Source of the DNA: a virus
Lineage: Duplodnaviria > Caudoviricetes
IMG/VR virus record: IMGVR_UViG_2657244976_000004
Location: 11,675-75,674 of that record
Length of the DNA stretch: 64,000 nt
Reading direction: 5' to 3' (one strand)
The translations under genes and the position numbers were made by a program. Positions within the stretch are counted from its first letter, which is position 1. The number at the start of each line of letters is the position of its first letter. The notes under the pieces are model-generated. The model saw nothing but the letters and a program-made list of their open reading frames with translations, had not been told where the DNA came from and searched no databases. Of this stretch, positions 1-11,032 are shown piece after piece.

Positions 1-122
1 TTCCTCCTCACCGAAAAATTACATAACCATGACAGTCTATTGATCAATCGACACAACTGTTAGAATAGCGTCATTCAAACATGGATGTTTTTTGAAAAAT
101 TTAACAGCAGGCAGTCATCTTA

Positions 123-2087
123 ATGTTAGCAACAACTCCAACACAAAAAACAGCATCTAATAAATTTCGTAATGATATCAATGGTCTTAGAGCATGGGCG
201 GTTATTGCCGTTGTTCTGTACCATTTTGGTGTACCAGGGTTCTCGGGTGGGTTTGTCGGTGTGGATGTTTTCTTTGTCATCTCCGGCTTTTTAATGACCC
301 GGATCATCGTTTCTGGCATGGAGTCTGGCAATTTTTCATTCTTACAGTTTTATCTGGCCAGAGCGCGAAGAATTATTCCCATGCTTTTGGTGCTATGTTT
401 TGCGCTATTAATTTTTGGTTGGTTCTGGCTGCCTGAACAGAATTATAAATTGCTAGCAACCCATGTGGTAAATACACTCTTTTTTATATCGAATATTAAA
501 TTTTGGCGTGAATCGGGTTATTTCGATGCGTCCTCACATGAAAAGTGGTTGTTACATACCTGGTCACTTTCTGTGGAGTGGCAGTTTTATATTATTCTGC
601 CTATTATCATTTTTGTGCTGTGGAAGTTCATCAATTACAAGGCCGTTAAATTTGCCTTATTCGCACTAGGATTCCTATCACTGTGCCTTTCTATCTATGC
701 TTCACAACGCTGGCCGTCAGCGGCGTTTTACCTTCTGCCAACCAGAATGTGGGAAATGCTGGCTGGGGGGATGGCTTGGTGGGTAACACGAAGAAAGGCC
801 ATGCCAGAGACTCTGGCGAGATATACAGAAGTTATCGGTATAGTATTTATCTCTGCGTCAATTGTGCTATTTAACTCATCAATTGTTTGGCCCGGTTCAA
901 ATGCGCTATTACCGGTAGCCGGTGCGGTGTTGGTGCTGATTTCTGCGCGGCAAAAATCAATTTTCACCGCTAATATTATCGCTCAAAAGTTGGGGGCCAG
1001 TTCCTATTCTATCTATTTATGGCATTGGCCTATTGTCGTCGCATTAACTTATTTAAGTTTACTCAGTAACTATAAATGGGTGCTGCTGGCTTTAGTTGCT
1101 ACCGTGATATTAGGTGAATTATCTCTTAAGTTGGTGGAAAATCCATCACGGAAAGTTTTCGCCAAATTATCCACCACCTCTAACCTGGTCTATATATCAC
1201 TGTGTACACTGGTCGTTGGTGTGCTGGCACTGACAGTTAGGCACAGTACGCTCGATCGCGGCATTATGGCAGATAAAGAAACCGTTGAACTTTATGCAAA
1301 AATACAATCATTTCATGTAATGCCTAACCGAGATAATGGTTATTGTTTTTATAATGTTGACGGTGAGTCCGACCCCATCATCTCAATGGAAAAATCAGTG
1401 TGCAAGCTGGGGATTAAGTCATTGAAGCCAAAAGGTCTGCTTTTTGGTGACTCTTTTGCCGGGCATTATGAACCCTTCGTCGATGAAGTCGCGAAGAAAC
1501 TCGGTATATCAGTAGATTCCGTCACCACTAACTGGTGTTTCCCGAGTTTAACGGATTCAACCAATGGCACTAAAACACGAGTGGCCTATAAACAGTGCCT
1601 GTTAAATAGAGAATATCTAAAAGATAATATTTCAAAATATGATTTCGTTATATTTTCTGGCATCTGGTTTGATTTATATCGCAAAGGTTATCAAAATGAA
1701 ATTGTTGATGTAATTAAATATGCCAAATCTAAAGGGGTGAAAGTGTATGTAATGGCATCCCCAACACAATACGACATCAATGTTTTTGCTAATTTTATCG
1801 CTGCGGGAGTCAATGATTTACCGTTTAGATTAAAAGGTAATTCCAATAAAAAAGATGATGATACCCAAAAGATGGATATTATCTTCTCGCAATTAGAAAA
1901 AGATGGGTATATAAAATTCATCAAAAAAGATGACATATTTTATGAAAGTGACTCATACCATTACAATGGAATAGAGATCCCCTACTCTCTTGACGGCGCA
2001 CATATTTCTATCGATAGTTCATTGATGGCTGCCAAACGATTTATTGAAACTGGTGCCTATAAAAAATACTTTTCAGATACGAAGTGA
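123..2087 (+). CDS. OafA/YrhL-type acyltransferase (AT3 membrane domain + SGNH domain), likely O-antigen acetylase moron
   Basis: RxDINGLRA, GFVGVDVFFVISGFL, HTWSLSVEWQFY motifs; C-terminal GDS...DGAH. Confidence 0.9.
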   Translation: MLATTPTQKTASNKFRNDINGLRAWAVIAVVLYHFGVPGFSGGFVGVDVFFVISGFLMTRIIVSGMESGNFSFLQFYLARARRIIPMLLVLCFALLIFGWFWLPEQNYKLLATHVVNTLFFISNIKFWRESGYFDASSHEKWLLHTWSLSVEWQFYIILPIIIFVLWKFINYKAVKFALFALGFLSLCLSIYASQRWPSAAFYLLPTRMWEMLAGGMAWWVTRRKAMPETLARYTEVIGIVFISASIVLFNSSIVWPGSNALLPVAGAVLVLISARQKSIFTANIIAQKLGASSYSIYLWHWPIVVALTYLSLLSNYKWVLLALVATVILGELSLKLVENPSRKVFAKLSTTSNLVYISLCTLVVGVLALTVRHSTLDRGIMADKETVELYAKIQSFHVMPNRDNGYCFYNVDGESDPIISMEKSVCKLGIKSLKPKGLLFGDSFAGHYEPFVDEVAKKLGISVDSVTTNWCFPSLTDSTNGTKTRVAYKQCLLNREYLKDNISKYDFVIFSGIWFDLYRKGYQNEIVDVIKYAKSKGVKVYVMASPTQYDINVFANFIAAGVNDLPFRLKGNSNKKDDDTQKMDIIFSQLEKDGYIKFIKKDDIFYESDSYHYNGIEIPYSLDGAHISIDSSLMAAKRFIETGAYKKYFSDTK

Positions 2088-2132
2088 ATAAAGATTTTCA
2101 TAAACAAGATGAGTTCACTTCATTCATCATAT

Positions 2133-2152
2133 GCCGGGCAATTAAGCCCGGC
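2133..2152. terminator. Hairpin GCCGGGC-aattaa-GCCCGGC between convergent genes
   Basis: Inverted repeat; near-identical hairpins at about 22206-22225 and 23378-23397. Confidence 0.55.
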
Positions 2153-2267
2153 TCTACTACATACGACTATTTTTATATCGGCCATACAGGTGTGTGGTAA
2201 CCATGATTCACCGCTTCAATCAAAAGCCACCGTGGTAACTCCGGTAACTCAACTTGCGGCCAGTTGG

Positions 2268-3275
2268 TCAGTGTTGGCCATGAGCGATAATTTCGCCGTT
2301 CGAACCTGTGCCCATCGTACCTGCTGATGCAAAAAAGCAGACATTCGGAAAAGCCATAGGAAAATACAGGTTTACTATCGTTTCATCAGAACCCGAACTA
2401 GGTGCTCCTTTAACCCATTGCATAATGATCCCTGTTGCAGCATCACGATGCCAACCATTGCCGCCCCCTGACGCTGTATTCCGCAAATTGTTGATATAAG
2501 TGGAAAGCGGGCCGCCCCATACGGTGCCATGGACATTACCATCTACCGCTAATGTTGCGTGCCCCTCGGCGCGGCCCTCACCAGCTATAAGGTCACTTTT
2601 TGACAGTAATCGGGCTGCACGTATATCACTGCCAGCGGTTAATGCGCCGGGTAACTGAACATGGGTGCTTTGGCTGCTAATAGCATTCACTATCCGGCTA
2701 TCATCGCCAGCGGCAGCAGTACCGGCAGTTTTTCCGATATCCAGTACTGCCGCCCCTTTAAGCCCTAAATTGGTTCGTGCGGCGGTTTTATCTGCTACAT
2801 CGTTGAGGTTTTGGTTTTTCTGTAATGCATTGGTGGCAATGGCTGCGGTATCCGTTAAGCCAAGGTTAGCAATGGCGGCAGCTATTGCTTCTGGCCCCGC
2901 CGCCGCGATTTCAGAAAGGTTATTAGCCGTTTGCAAATAGGTGCTGTCCCCCTCTTTACGCCACACACCAATATCTAATGTGCCAGTGGGTTCTACGCCG
3001 GTATTTTCTGACAATGCAATATAGCTATTGCCGCCGTGACTCACTCTTGCCCCTGCCTGGTAGGGAGCATCAGTAAACCAAATTAGCTGCCCAAGATTTT
3101 GCAATTCCTGCAAGGCTAAATCCACTCGGTTATGCCACCAGTTTTCCCACTTGGCCTCGGGCGGATCTTCGGATGCGCCGCCTGCCCAGCCACGCGCAAT
3201 CAGGCCGTCGCCGGGGCGTTCAAATTGCGTAGGCACACTGGCCCACGGCTGATTAAAGCTGTCATTTCTGGCCAT
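2268..3275 (-). pseudogene. Tail fibre protein, C-terminally truncated
   Basis: NNLSEI/NQNLNDV..ARTNLGL repeats and a gp53-like GIIMQW..FPMAFPN segment end abruptly; a separate frame YRSWPTLTNWPQVELPELP (assembly-gene remnant) follows. Confidence 0.7.
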
Positions 3276-3288
3276 ATAGTGGCTCCAA

Positions 3289-3933
3289 TTAGATATAAGC
3301 GCCCATGCCGTATGGCTGAGCGTCGAAGGTGCCTTTATAGGCAAAGGGATGATGGTTAACGCGGATCAGGCTGGCTTTGACGCCTTGTGGTCGGGGGATT
3401 AAATCAAATAGCTGAATCAGCACTAAGACATTAGCGGGGATCGGTTTATCGACCCAGATAGTTTTCATGGTCATATCCTGCCCATCGATGATGGCGGAAT
3501 TAACATCCAGAATGTAATCAACCGCGGTTTTGATTTCATCCAAGGTGGCGTTGGTGTTGTTTTTCTGGATCTTGGCTTTGATTAATACGCGATAGAGATA
3601 ATCCGATACCGGAACTTTGCCGATTTGTTCATGCGGCGCTTTATACGGCGCGACATTATAGGGCTGTGCGCCGCCGGTACCGTTATAAGCAAATATCGAT
3701 AAGTAATCGCTGCGGATGAGTGGCCGCTCAGTAAATCCGGCAATGCGGCCACAGATATCCAGTTGATCACCTTCGGCATTATCAATATCCAACAGGTTAT
3801 TGATTTTAGTGATCTGCTCTTCCAGAGCAGATTGGCTGATGTCCGGTAAAATACTGATCCATTCAACTAATTTCGGCGCGTTTTTATATTGCAGGTAAAT
3901 CCGTGACAGTGCTTTTTTGCGGTGGTTATACAT
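3289..3933 (-). CDS. Baseplate protein (DUF2612-like)
   Basis: QY..APKL, LDIDNAEGDQLDICGRIAG and PRPQGV motifs; lies after baseplate J. Confidence 0.75.
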   Translation of the reverse strand: MYNHRKKALSRIYLQYKNAPKLVEWISILPDISQSALEEQITKINNLLDIDNAEGDQLDICGRIAGFTERPLIRSDYLSIFAYNGTGGAQPYNVAPYKAPHEQIGKVPVSDYLYRVLIKAKIQKNNTNATLDEIKTAVDYILDVNSAIIDGQDMTMKTIWVDKPIPANVLVLIQLFDLIPRPQGVKASLIRVNHHPFAYKGTFDAQPYGMGAYI

Positions 3934-5129
3934 AAACCACCTCGATATTCTCAGTACTAAACACGCCGAGCTGATTAAAGGCTATTCTCACTGCACTCTC
4001 ATTGGCCTGTTCGACAGCAGTACCGACGGTAATCGCATTCACAAAGCCATTACCGGCCACCAAATAATTGACTGGGGTAAATAAACGGCCCGCGCCAATA
4101 CTTTCACCAATTTTAAAACCCAACTTAGAAAAACCATTGGTTTGATCAAAGCCGGTAATGCTGTAATCGACAATCGCCTGCTTTATCTCATCATCAATAA
4201 ACTCGCTATTACTGACGATCTCTACCCGTACATAAACCGGTATTAGTTGGGGGCGAAAAAAGGTTACGGTGATCGGGTTACCTTTTGGGGTAACAGTATC
4301 CAACGAGATTTTATTGGGAAAGGTGTTATAGCGGTTTAACCCACAGCCGGGGCTTTTATTGATAGCAATGCTGTTAATAACATCCTCGATGCTGCCACCA
4401 TCAACAAATATCGCCATTGAGTGACCGAGCACCCCATTCATTCTCATCGGCTTGATCCTCAAAGTTTTCATAAATCCGCGCCCGTTTAACATCATCAATA
4501 TTGACCAGCGCCGCATAAATATTATCAATCTGATTGGAGCCAGGTAATGCCACTGATTCATTGCGCCGGATGCGAAATGCATTATTGGTTTCTTTATCCA
4601 ATCCCATTGACGCTGCAGTGTTATTTGTCACCGCCGTAATGCCGCCGATCGGTGTGGCAATAATGGTCAGATTATGACTATTGGCCCCCTGCGTCCCTGC
4701 CAGCGTACAAGTGGCATTCACTGTCGCATTCCCTGCCGCGTCAGTAACAACATCACCATCGGTCGCCCATAAGGTATTAGTCACCCTATTTCTGATTAAT
4801 GTCCCGGCATTGATCGGCGTAAAAGCGATACCGCTAAAATTAACGGTGGCGGTTGAATAGGTCGCGCTTTTGCGCTTGATTCCAGCGAACGCGGCAATGC
4901 GGTCTAATTGTTGGTCAATCGCTGAATTGGGATCGGCGGCGTGATAAGCATTAATTACCGTTTCATCCAAATTAGCTAATGCCTCACACCAGACCGCTAT
5001 TGCCAGACCATCCGGCGATTCAGGATTAATATTCCAGCCATCATCAATAGCAAGATAGCGCTGGCGCATAGTATCCAGATATTCACTCAGTGTGGTGCCG
5101 CTGGCCCCGTCACGATTAATGGTGGCCAT
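3926..5129 (-). pseudogene. Baseplate J/gp47-like, frameshifted
   Basis: Two overlapping ORFs; a 4-bp GAAT duplication near 4440 breaks the DENGVLGHSMA reading. Confidence 0.75.
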
Positions 5130-5479
5130 TAGATAAGATCCTCAGTGAACAGGAAATCAAATGCGTCGTTATTAATATCAATCACCGCGGCAAATATCGT
5201 TATTTTGCGATTCTTCATATCGAGATCCATTTCAAAGCGGTTAATGGTAAGTACGCCTTTGGCCGCCAATAAGCGCTGTTTAATATTGGCTTCGGCAATA
5301 TCGTGTGAGGTTTTGCCCAATATGCTTTGGAACCACGGCGTTCCCTCGGTGGCATCAAGAAAATACTCGCCAAGAAATAACCGCAGGCAGCAGATCATGG
5401 CTTGCCGGGTTTCTTCTTTGCCGCTAGCAAACGGGCTGCCGTGGGTAACAATGTCACCATCTTGGAAATTGCGGATCAC
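5129..5479 (-). CDS. Baseplate wedge initiator (gp25/gp46-like)
   Basis: LRLFLGEYFLD..EGTPWFQSILGK; GGAGG RBS before GTG. Confidence 0.7.
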   Translation of the reverse strand: MIRNFQDGDIVTHGSPFASGKEETRQAMICCLRLFLGEYFLDATEGTPWFQSILGKTSHDIAEANIKQRLLAAKGVLTINRFEMDLDMKNRKITIFAAVIDINNDAFDFLFTEDLI

Positions 5480-5551
5480 AGTGCCTCCGGAAACAAAAAG
5501 CCCCGGCATAAGCCAGGGCGATGATAGGTAGGATTCAATCAGAGTAATGAG

Positions 5552-6232
5552 CTATTGCGGCCCATCAGTGCGATCATTGCCGTGTTGCACGCCGCCGTGG
5601 TCGTGGTCACCAACTTCCAGCTCGCCAATCGCCAAACCACCTTGGGTAACCTCAGTGCGGCCATTAAGGGTGGTTTGCCCATTATTGGTAAACTCTGGGC
5701 CGCTATAGCTCATGCCAGATTCGGTAAGCGCCAGTGTGGTACCGCCTGTCGTCAAAGTCATTCCACTATCAGTGAGGTGAATGCGCACCCCACCACTTTT
5801 GTTACTTAAACCAATACCCTCGGTCGGCAAGCCCACAATCGCGGTTTGTTGTGAGCGGTAGCCAGGGGCAAAGAAAGCATCGGACGGATTAAACATCCGT
5901 GCATCCAGTGGTGCTACCGGCCCGCCCTGACTGAGCCAATTGTCGATAGAACGTTGGCTGAAATGAATATAACCCTCGGTACCCGCGGGTAATTCATGAA
6001 AAACCGTCCATTCGGCACTACCAGAAAATTGCACTGGCACATGTTCAATAACGGGTAGTGTCTTAAATTGACCGTCACCGACATGGCGCTGAATGCCGCA
6101 CTCCACCACTGCGCGTTGTAGATCGGCGTTATAACTAATGACTTTACCAGGCATGCCGATCATCAGGTCACGCACCATATCGCGCTTGAGCAGCATCATG
6201 GTGCTATACAGCGGGTTGCTCTCAATCATCAT
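5552..6232 (-). CDS. Gp138-like baseplate spike
   Basis: PGKVISY, VPVQF, FSQRSID motifs; C-terminal HDHGGV metal-binding tip. Confidence 0.8.
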   Translation of the reverse strand: MMIESNPLYSTMMLLKRDMVRDLMIGMPGKVISYNADLQRAVVECGIQRHVGDGQFKTLPVIEHVPVQFSGSAEWTVFHELPAGTEGYIHFSQRSIDNWLSQGGPVAPLDARMFNPSDAFFAPGYRSQQTAIVGLPTEGIGLSNKSGGVRIHLTDSGMTLTTGGTTLALTESGMSYSGPEFTNNGQTTLNGRTEVTQGGLAIGELEVGDHDHGGVQHGNDRTDGPQ

Positions 6233-6236
6233 TACC

Positions 6237-7130
6237 TCAGGGCATTCGCCATTGACTGATCAGCGTGGTTTTCCATGTATCACCCCATAAAGTACCTTCG
6301 TGGTAGATACGCAGCACATTAAACTGGCCGGTCTGCTGCTGAATATTCGCCAGATTATTGAGGTCGGTGTTATACATGCCGCTAAAATTAATCGTCCAAA
6401 AACTTGAGGTGACATTAATCACATCGGCCGGCTGAATTTGATGATTCATTTTGACGTCAATTTCCATGGTGCTGAGATACCAGCGCGGGACACTTTCCAT
6501 ACCATTTTTAGCGGTGATCTCATGGGTCGCCCATTTTCTGGCGGCTCCCTCTCTGGCTAATAGCACCCTTGATGGCGTGATCATCCAGTAATATTTCCAG
6601 TCATCTTTTACGCTATCGAGAATATCGCGACACAAGCGGCCACCAGAATTATAGGAAGTGGCAAAACGCGGCAAGTCGGAAAAGTCACCAATCACTTCAA
6701 CATCAAGGCCAAAAGCCGCGGCGACATCTTTGAGCATTTCAATAGCAGGCGTATTCGCCCCCCAGGTTTTAAATATCGTGGTATTCCATGCCAGCCCAAT
6801 CGTGCGGCAATATAACCGCAGGCAGGTATTTACCCCTTCTTTGACCACTTCGACATTGTGAATGCGTCCGCTGAATATCGTGCCGATGTTGTCGCCATAA
6901 CCGGCTTTTAATATCAGGTTGCCATAACGTTTTTCTTTGTCGTCATAGCGCTGGATCAAGGCGCGGGTGCGCGCTGAAATGCCGTACAGGGTGATTCTGG
7001 CAGTAGCATCGACATTCTGCGGGGTATTATCGACAGCAAAACGGATCTCTAATGGCGGCTGATAGGTAAGTTCATCGCCACTCACTGGGGTAATGGTCAG
7101 TAAGTAATTGCGGCCAAAATAGCTACTCAT
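6237..7130 (-). CDS. Baseplate hub-like protein
   Basis: ITLYG..LKAGY..IFSG motifs; position before the spike gene. Confidence 0.65.
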   Translation of the reverse strand: MSSYFGRNYLLTITPVSGDELTYQPPLEIRFAVDNTPQNVDATARITLYGISARTRALIQRYDDKEKRYGNLILKAGYGDNIGTIFSGRIHNVEVVKEGVNTCLRLYCRTIGLAWNTTIFKTWGANTPAIEMLKDVAAAFGLDVEVIGDFSDLPRFATSYNSGGRLCRDILDSVKDDWKYYWMITPSRVLLAREGAARKWATHEITAKNGMESVPRWYLSTMEIDVKMNHQIQPADVINVTSSFWTINFSGMYNTDLNNLANIQQQTGQFNVLRIYHEGTLWGDTWKTTLISQWRMP

Positions 7131-7413
7131 TATCGGGGTACCATGTCAGGCAATTATTAATGCCAAGATTGGCAATAGTCGGGGTCTCCCCAGCTAATAT
7201 CAACGGGCCAATATCGGTATTAAGTCCCGCCAATAAATTAACGCCAATATGCAAAGCACGCCCCAAAACTACCGGCTCGCCTTGTTCATAAATATCGACG
7301 CAGAAATAATTAAAACGGGTGAGCCAGTGCAAACGAAAAACCAAATAGTGATTATTTAATTGCACACGAAAACGCTGCACCGCGTAACCATTATTTAATG
7401 GGATAACTTTCAT
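7123..7413 (-). CDS. Small baseplate (plug-like) protein
   Basis: Overlapping position in the operon; GVNLL motif. Confidence 0.55.
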   Translation of the reverse strand: MKVIPLNNGYAVQRFRVQLNNHYLVFRLHWLTRFNYFCVDIYEQGEPVVLGRALHIGVNLLAGLNTDIGPLILAGETPTIANLGINNCLTWYPDNE

Positions 7414-8081
7414 TACGTGGCCTCGACAAAAACTTCACCAAATGAGTATTCACGTTGCCCCTGAGTGGCAGCACTATCGCCATAGGGTAAGTTGTCATTG
7501 GTTTCAGCAACGGTGTCGTAAATAATATTGAGCTGCAACAGTTCAACCACAATCTCCAGCCCGCCCTCATTCTCTTTTTTCAATTGGGTGCGGGTATTGG
7601 TGATCAGGCAATTTTTATAGGCCGCCCCACGGCTGGCCACTAATTCGAACGGCGTATGTGAACGCTGCAATTCACGCAATTGCTCGAGTAAATTTTGCGA
7701 ACGGGTTGAGCGCGATTGTGATCCCAGGCTGCCGGAATACAGACTGGTGCCAACCGAAGCAGCCACCCCAGCCAGCGCCGCCGCCCGACCAGAAAGCAAA
7801 CTGGCCGCCATACCAGTAGTGATACTGGCACCGGCCCCCAGTAGCCCGGCAATGCTGCTATCTTGCTGGGCTAGCAGTTCACGAAACCAGTTATCAGACA
7901 CACCGATAATCATGGTTAGCGCCAGAGCGCGCGTCACCGCATTATCGTGGGCGGTATTGGCATCTTCCAGTGGGAACTCACTGACATCAGTACGCAGCTC
8001 ACTCGACTCTTCCAGTAATGCATCAAAATAGAGATTGCCGATTTTCGGTCGGTTACGGGTAAATAGTCCGGTAATAGCCAT
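7413..8081 (-). CDS. Tail tube initiator/Dit-like baseplate protein
   Basis: FDALLEE..VSEFPLE motif; follows tape measure gene. Confidence 0.6.
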   Translation of the reverse strand: MAITGLFTRNRPKIGNLYFDALLEESSELRTDVSEFPLEDANTAHDNAVTRALALTMIIGVSDNWFRELLAQQDSSIAGLLGAGASITTGMAASLLSGRAAALAGVAASVGTSLYSGSLGSQSRSTRSQNLLEQLRELQRSHTPFELVASRGAAYKNCLITNTRTQLKKENEGGLEIVVELLQLNIIYDTVAETNDNLPYGDSAATQGQREYSFGEVFVEAT

Positions 8082-9745
8082 CAGTAGTGCTCCGTATGCA
8101 TCATGTCGCGTGCTTGCTGGGCCAGTTGAGTGGTGGCCTGTAGCACCCCGTCACGGATGGATTCACTATCACCGCCCACGGTACCCACATTGATAATATT
8201 GTGTTGTTCCAGTCTGACATCACCACGGGGCGGGGATGCGGCAACTGATTGCATGGGGGTGGTTTGGCGGTCGCTGTAGCCCTGAATCTCTTCCCATGAA
8301 CGTTTGGGCTGGGCGTAATTTGATGAAGGTAGCGAGGCCCACACACCACCAAGCCCGCTGGTGGCATCAGCAAAATTCCCGTTCGTCACATTTTCTAGCT
8401 GACCGGCACGTTGAATAAGAAACAACGCGGCGAGATCCTGACTGCGTGGTGAAAAGTCGGTCAAATTAAGCGCTTTGACGGCATCATCCCAAGAGCCGCT
8501 GGTGAACTGATAACGACCGGCAGCCGAGGTTTTATTTTTAGTGCCGTCCGTTTGCGTGAACTCTTTTAATTGCCGTGGGTGGTCGCTGCTGTCATAGAAT
8601 TGGTCGCCGCCAAACATCGTGTTATAGCCAGAATTAGCATAACTGGCGGTTCCCTCGGCTTTGGATAGCACCTCCAGATACTGGCGAACGTTGGGATCAT
8701 CAACCAGATTATTAAGGTCGCTGCTATCACTGGGGTAAGGCACACCGGGGTTATTTTTAGCCCAGTTCTGGCGTTTAAGCGCTTCGGGATTACTCATGGC
8801 TTTGGCATCGTCGGAACTGGTGAAAATATTGCCAGGCGTCAATGCCGCCGCCGCGCCGATGGTAACCGGATTGACCAGCAAGCGTGACAACCAGCCGCGC
8901 CCACCAGCAGCACCTACGGGTGGCTTACCACCGCCAGGCAACATGCCGCCGACAAACTTTAATGCACCAGCAGTACCGGCCAGACCGGCCGCAGTCAGAA
9001 TCGCTTTTGAGACTTCGGGATTTTCTTTAATAAACTGATTAATACTTTCTAATATCGCATTGATGATTGGCAGTAAGTCGCCACCCATTGAACGGGCCAG
9101 ATTGTCAAAGTTAGTCGCCAGATCCGCCATCTCTTTATTAAACTCATTGGCTGAGTCAATAAGCTTGGGATCGAGCGGTTTATATAACTCTTCAAAATTT
9201 TTCAGTGAGGCATTAAGCCCCTTGCTACCTCCCTCCAATAAGCGGGTAAAAGGATCATTATCACCGCTGCCAATTCCACTGCGCAGATTTCGCCGCTGGT
9301 CATTATCCATTTTGCCGTAAGCATCTATAAGATACTTGAGCGAGTCCATGCCGGTTTTATTGGCAAATTCCGTCGGGTTAAATGCACCATTCCAATAGGC
9401 TTTATCGCCTAACTCCCCTTGTCTGGCACGCTGTTGCAGGTCAGGGATTTTCTGCACAATCTGATTAGCCGCATCCGGGCTAAGACCAAGACTGCGCATA
9501 GCGTAACGTAAGCCGTCAATCTGCTTAACGGTAAAATTGGTTATTTTACTCAGCCGATCCATTTCTAATACTGAGGCAGATAAATCAGCAGTCAGGGCTT
9601 TTAAACCGACACTGGTACCGGCTGCGGCGGCCAGTTGCAATATGCCGTCTTTAATCCCTTTAACGGCATCATTGGCTGTTTGAAAGCTCTTTGCATCTGT
9701 TTCCAGGCCAAGGGAAACCAATAGAGAATCAATTGTCTCTGACAT
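8081..9745 (-). CDS. Tape measure protein with C-terminal lambda-R-like lysozyme domain
   Basis: MSETIDSLLVSLG start; EGT..GYNTMFGG..SAAGRYQF..WASLP. Confidence 0.8.
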   Translation of the reverse strand: MSETIDSLLVSLGLETDAKSFQTANDAVKGIKDGILQLAAAAGTSVGLKALTADLSASVLEMDRLSKITNFTVKQIDGLRYAMRSLGLSPDAANQIVQKIPDLQQRARQGELGDKAYWNGAFNPTEFANKTGMDSLKYLIDAYGKMDNDQRRNLRSGIGSGDNDPFTRLLEGGSKGLNASLKNFEELYKPLDPKLIDSANEFNKEMADLATNFDNLARSMGGDLLPIINAILESINQFIKENPEVSKAILTAAGLAGTAGALKFVGGMLPGGGKPPVGAAGGRGWLSRLLVNPVTIGAAAALTPGNIFTSSDDAKAMSNPEALKRQNWAKNNPGVPYPSDSSDLNNLVDDPNVRQYLEVLSKAEGTASYANSGYNTMFGGDQFYDSSDHPRQLKEFTQTDGTKNKTSAAGRYQFTSGSWDDAVKALNLTDFSPRSQDLAALFLIQRAGQLENVTNGNFADATSGLGGVWASLPSSNYAQPKRSWEEIQGYSDRQTTPMQSVAASPPRGDVRLEQHNIINVGTVGGDSESIRDGVLQATTQLAQQARDMMHTEHY

Positions 9746-9862
9746 GGAAACCTCATATTTTAGGTATAAAAAAACCCGCGCAGTGGCGGGTTTGATACTC
9801 GTAGGAGTACTTATAATGGTGTTTACTGTAACAATCAGTTCGTCACAGTCACCATGACGCTA

Positions 9863-10147
9863 TTAGAAGTCATAATCATTAATGACTTCTAGCAATTGCT
9901 TATTCTCTTGGTATTTGGTGCTTAATTTTTTTTGCAATTCAGTTACTTTAGGGCAAGTAACATTGACTTCTTTCTCTATGGTAATTTGCCGTTCTTTGGG
10001 GATTGATGAGTCCCATTCGCCAGCAAGATATTGGCATTCATCTGCTATTTTTAAAAACTCGCTAATATCAGCCGGGTATTTTTCAGCAGCATGGGAGCAT
10101 CCAAGTAAAAGAATAAATGGTAAAATAAAAACAATCATTTTCTTCAT
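9863..10147 (-). CDS. Lipoprotein, putative immunity protein
   Basis: MKK + hydrophobic stretch + LLGC lipobox; two more Cys; begins immediately after the peptidase stop. Confidence 0.55.
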   Translation of the reverse strand: MKKMIVFILPFILLLGCSHAAEKYPADISEFLKIADECQYLAGEWDSSIPKERQITIEKEVNVTCPKVTELQKKLSTKYQENKQLLEVINDYDF

Positions 10148-10148
10148 A

Positions 10149-10727
10149 TTATCTACCATCTGTAGACCAATGAGGCCTATCTTTGGAACCACCATGGTAT
10201 TTTATAATACCAAAACTTTTTCCTACGATATGGAGTTCTGTATTCATCCCATCTTTGGGAAAAGTCTTAATTAAGACATCTTCCCCTTTTTTATTTTTTA
10301 TTTTTAAATCTCCCATCCATGAGATATTCATATCTATAGCATTGCCTTCGGTATGTCTGCTTTTTAATGATGGAGCAACATTAAGTCCTGTCATACCGTA
10401 CGCTCTTACCATATCCTGTGCGGCTTTAATGCTTTTCGCAGTGTCTATACTGCCATCGCTCTTTTTATGTGCCCATTGAATGCTGATACCGGTTTTTTCC
10501 GGTACATCTTCAGGCTTGGCAAGGTTTCTTGATATTTTCCAAGACCAATGCATCAAATAAGCCCTTTCAGGCGGTCTTAATGTTGCTGATATAACAATTG
10601 TCGCACCCGACTTTGTTAATTCAGATATAAAGTTGTCAACACTTATTTTAAATGACGGGCTTAATGATTGGGTTGAAGCACTTCCCTGAAAACGAGAAAC
10701 CCATTTTTCTCCACTGATTTCTTTCAT
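10149..10727 (-). CDS. Peptidase M15-like peptidoglycan hydrolase
   Basis: SRHTEGNAID (SxHxxGxAxD) and DRPH zinc-site motifs; AT-rich insert. Confidence 0.65.
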   Translation of the reverse strand: MKEISGEKWVSRFQGSASTQSLSPSFKISVDNFISELTKSGATIVISATLRPPERAYLMHWSWKISRNLAKPEDVPEKTGISIQWAHKKSDGSIDTAKSIKAAQDMVRAYGMTGLNVAPSLKSRHTEGNAIDMNISWMGDLKIKNKKGEDVLIKTFPKDGMNTELHIVGKSFGIIKYHGGSKDRPHWSTDGR

Positions 10728-10828
10728 TCATAATATCCTTATATTTAATATCCATAAAGATAGTATGTATTACTCTTTGAATTTGCAATTCATTTACATT
10801 ATAGGCGATGCAGAATAACGGTCTATTG

Positions 10829-11032
10829 CTAACCCAACCCCCTTTCCACCACCGCCGCAATCTCATCCAACACATCATGCATCAGTTGCACATCATCAAT
10901 GGTGTAAGTGCCATCCAGCATATCAGACCACCTCGCCAGCGGCGGGCAGTGTTGCCCGGCACCGGCGCAGGGTCGCCATAAAAACCAGTCTACGCGGGAG
11001 GGTGCTGCGGATTGTTTTCCGCGCTTTTTCCC
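10829..11032 (-). CDS. Frameshift extension (gpT-like) of tail chaperone
   Basis: -1 frame opened by the GGGAAAA slippery heptamer at 11026-11032. Confidence 0.65.
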   Translation of the reverse strand, partial: GKKRGKQSAAPSRVDWFLWRPCAGAGQHCPPLARWSDMLDGTYTIDDVQLMHDVLDEIAAVVERGLG

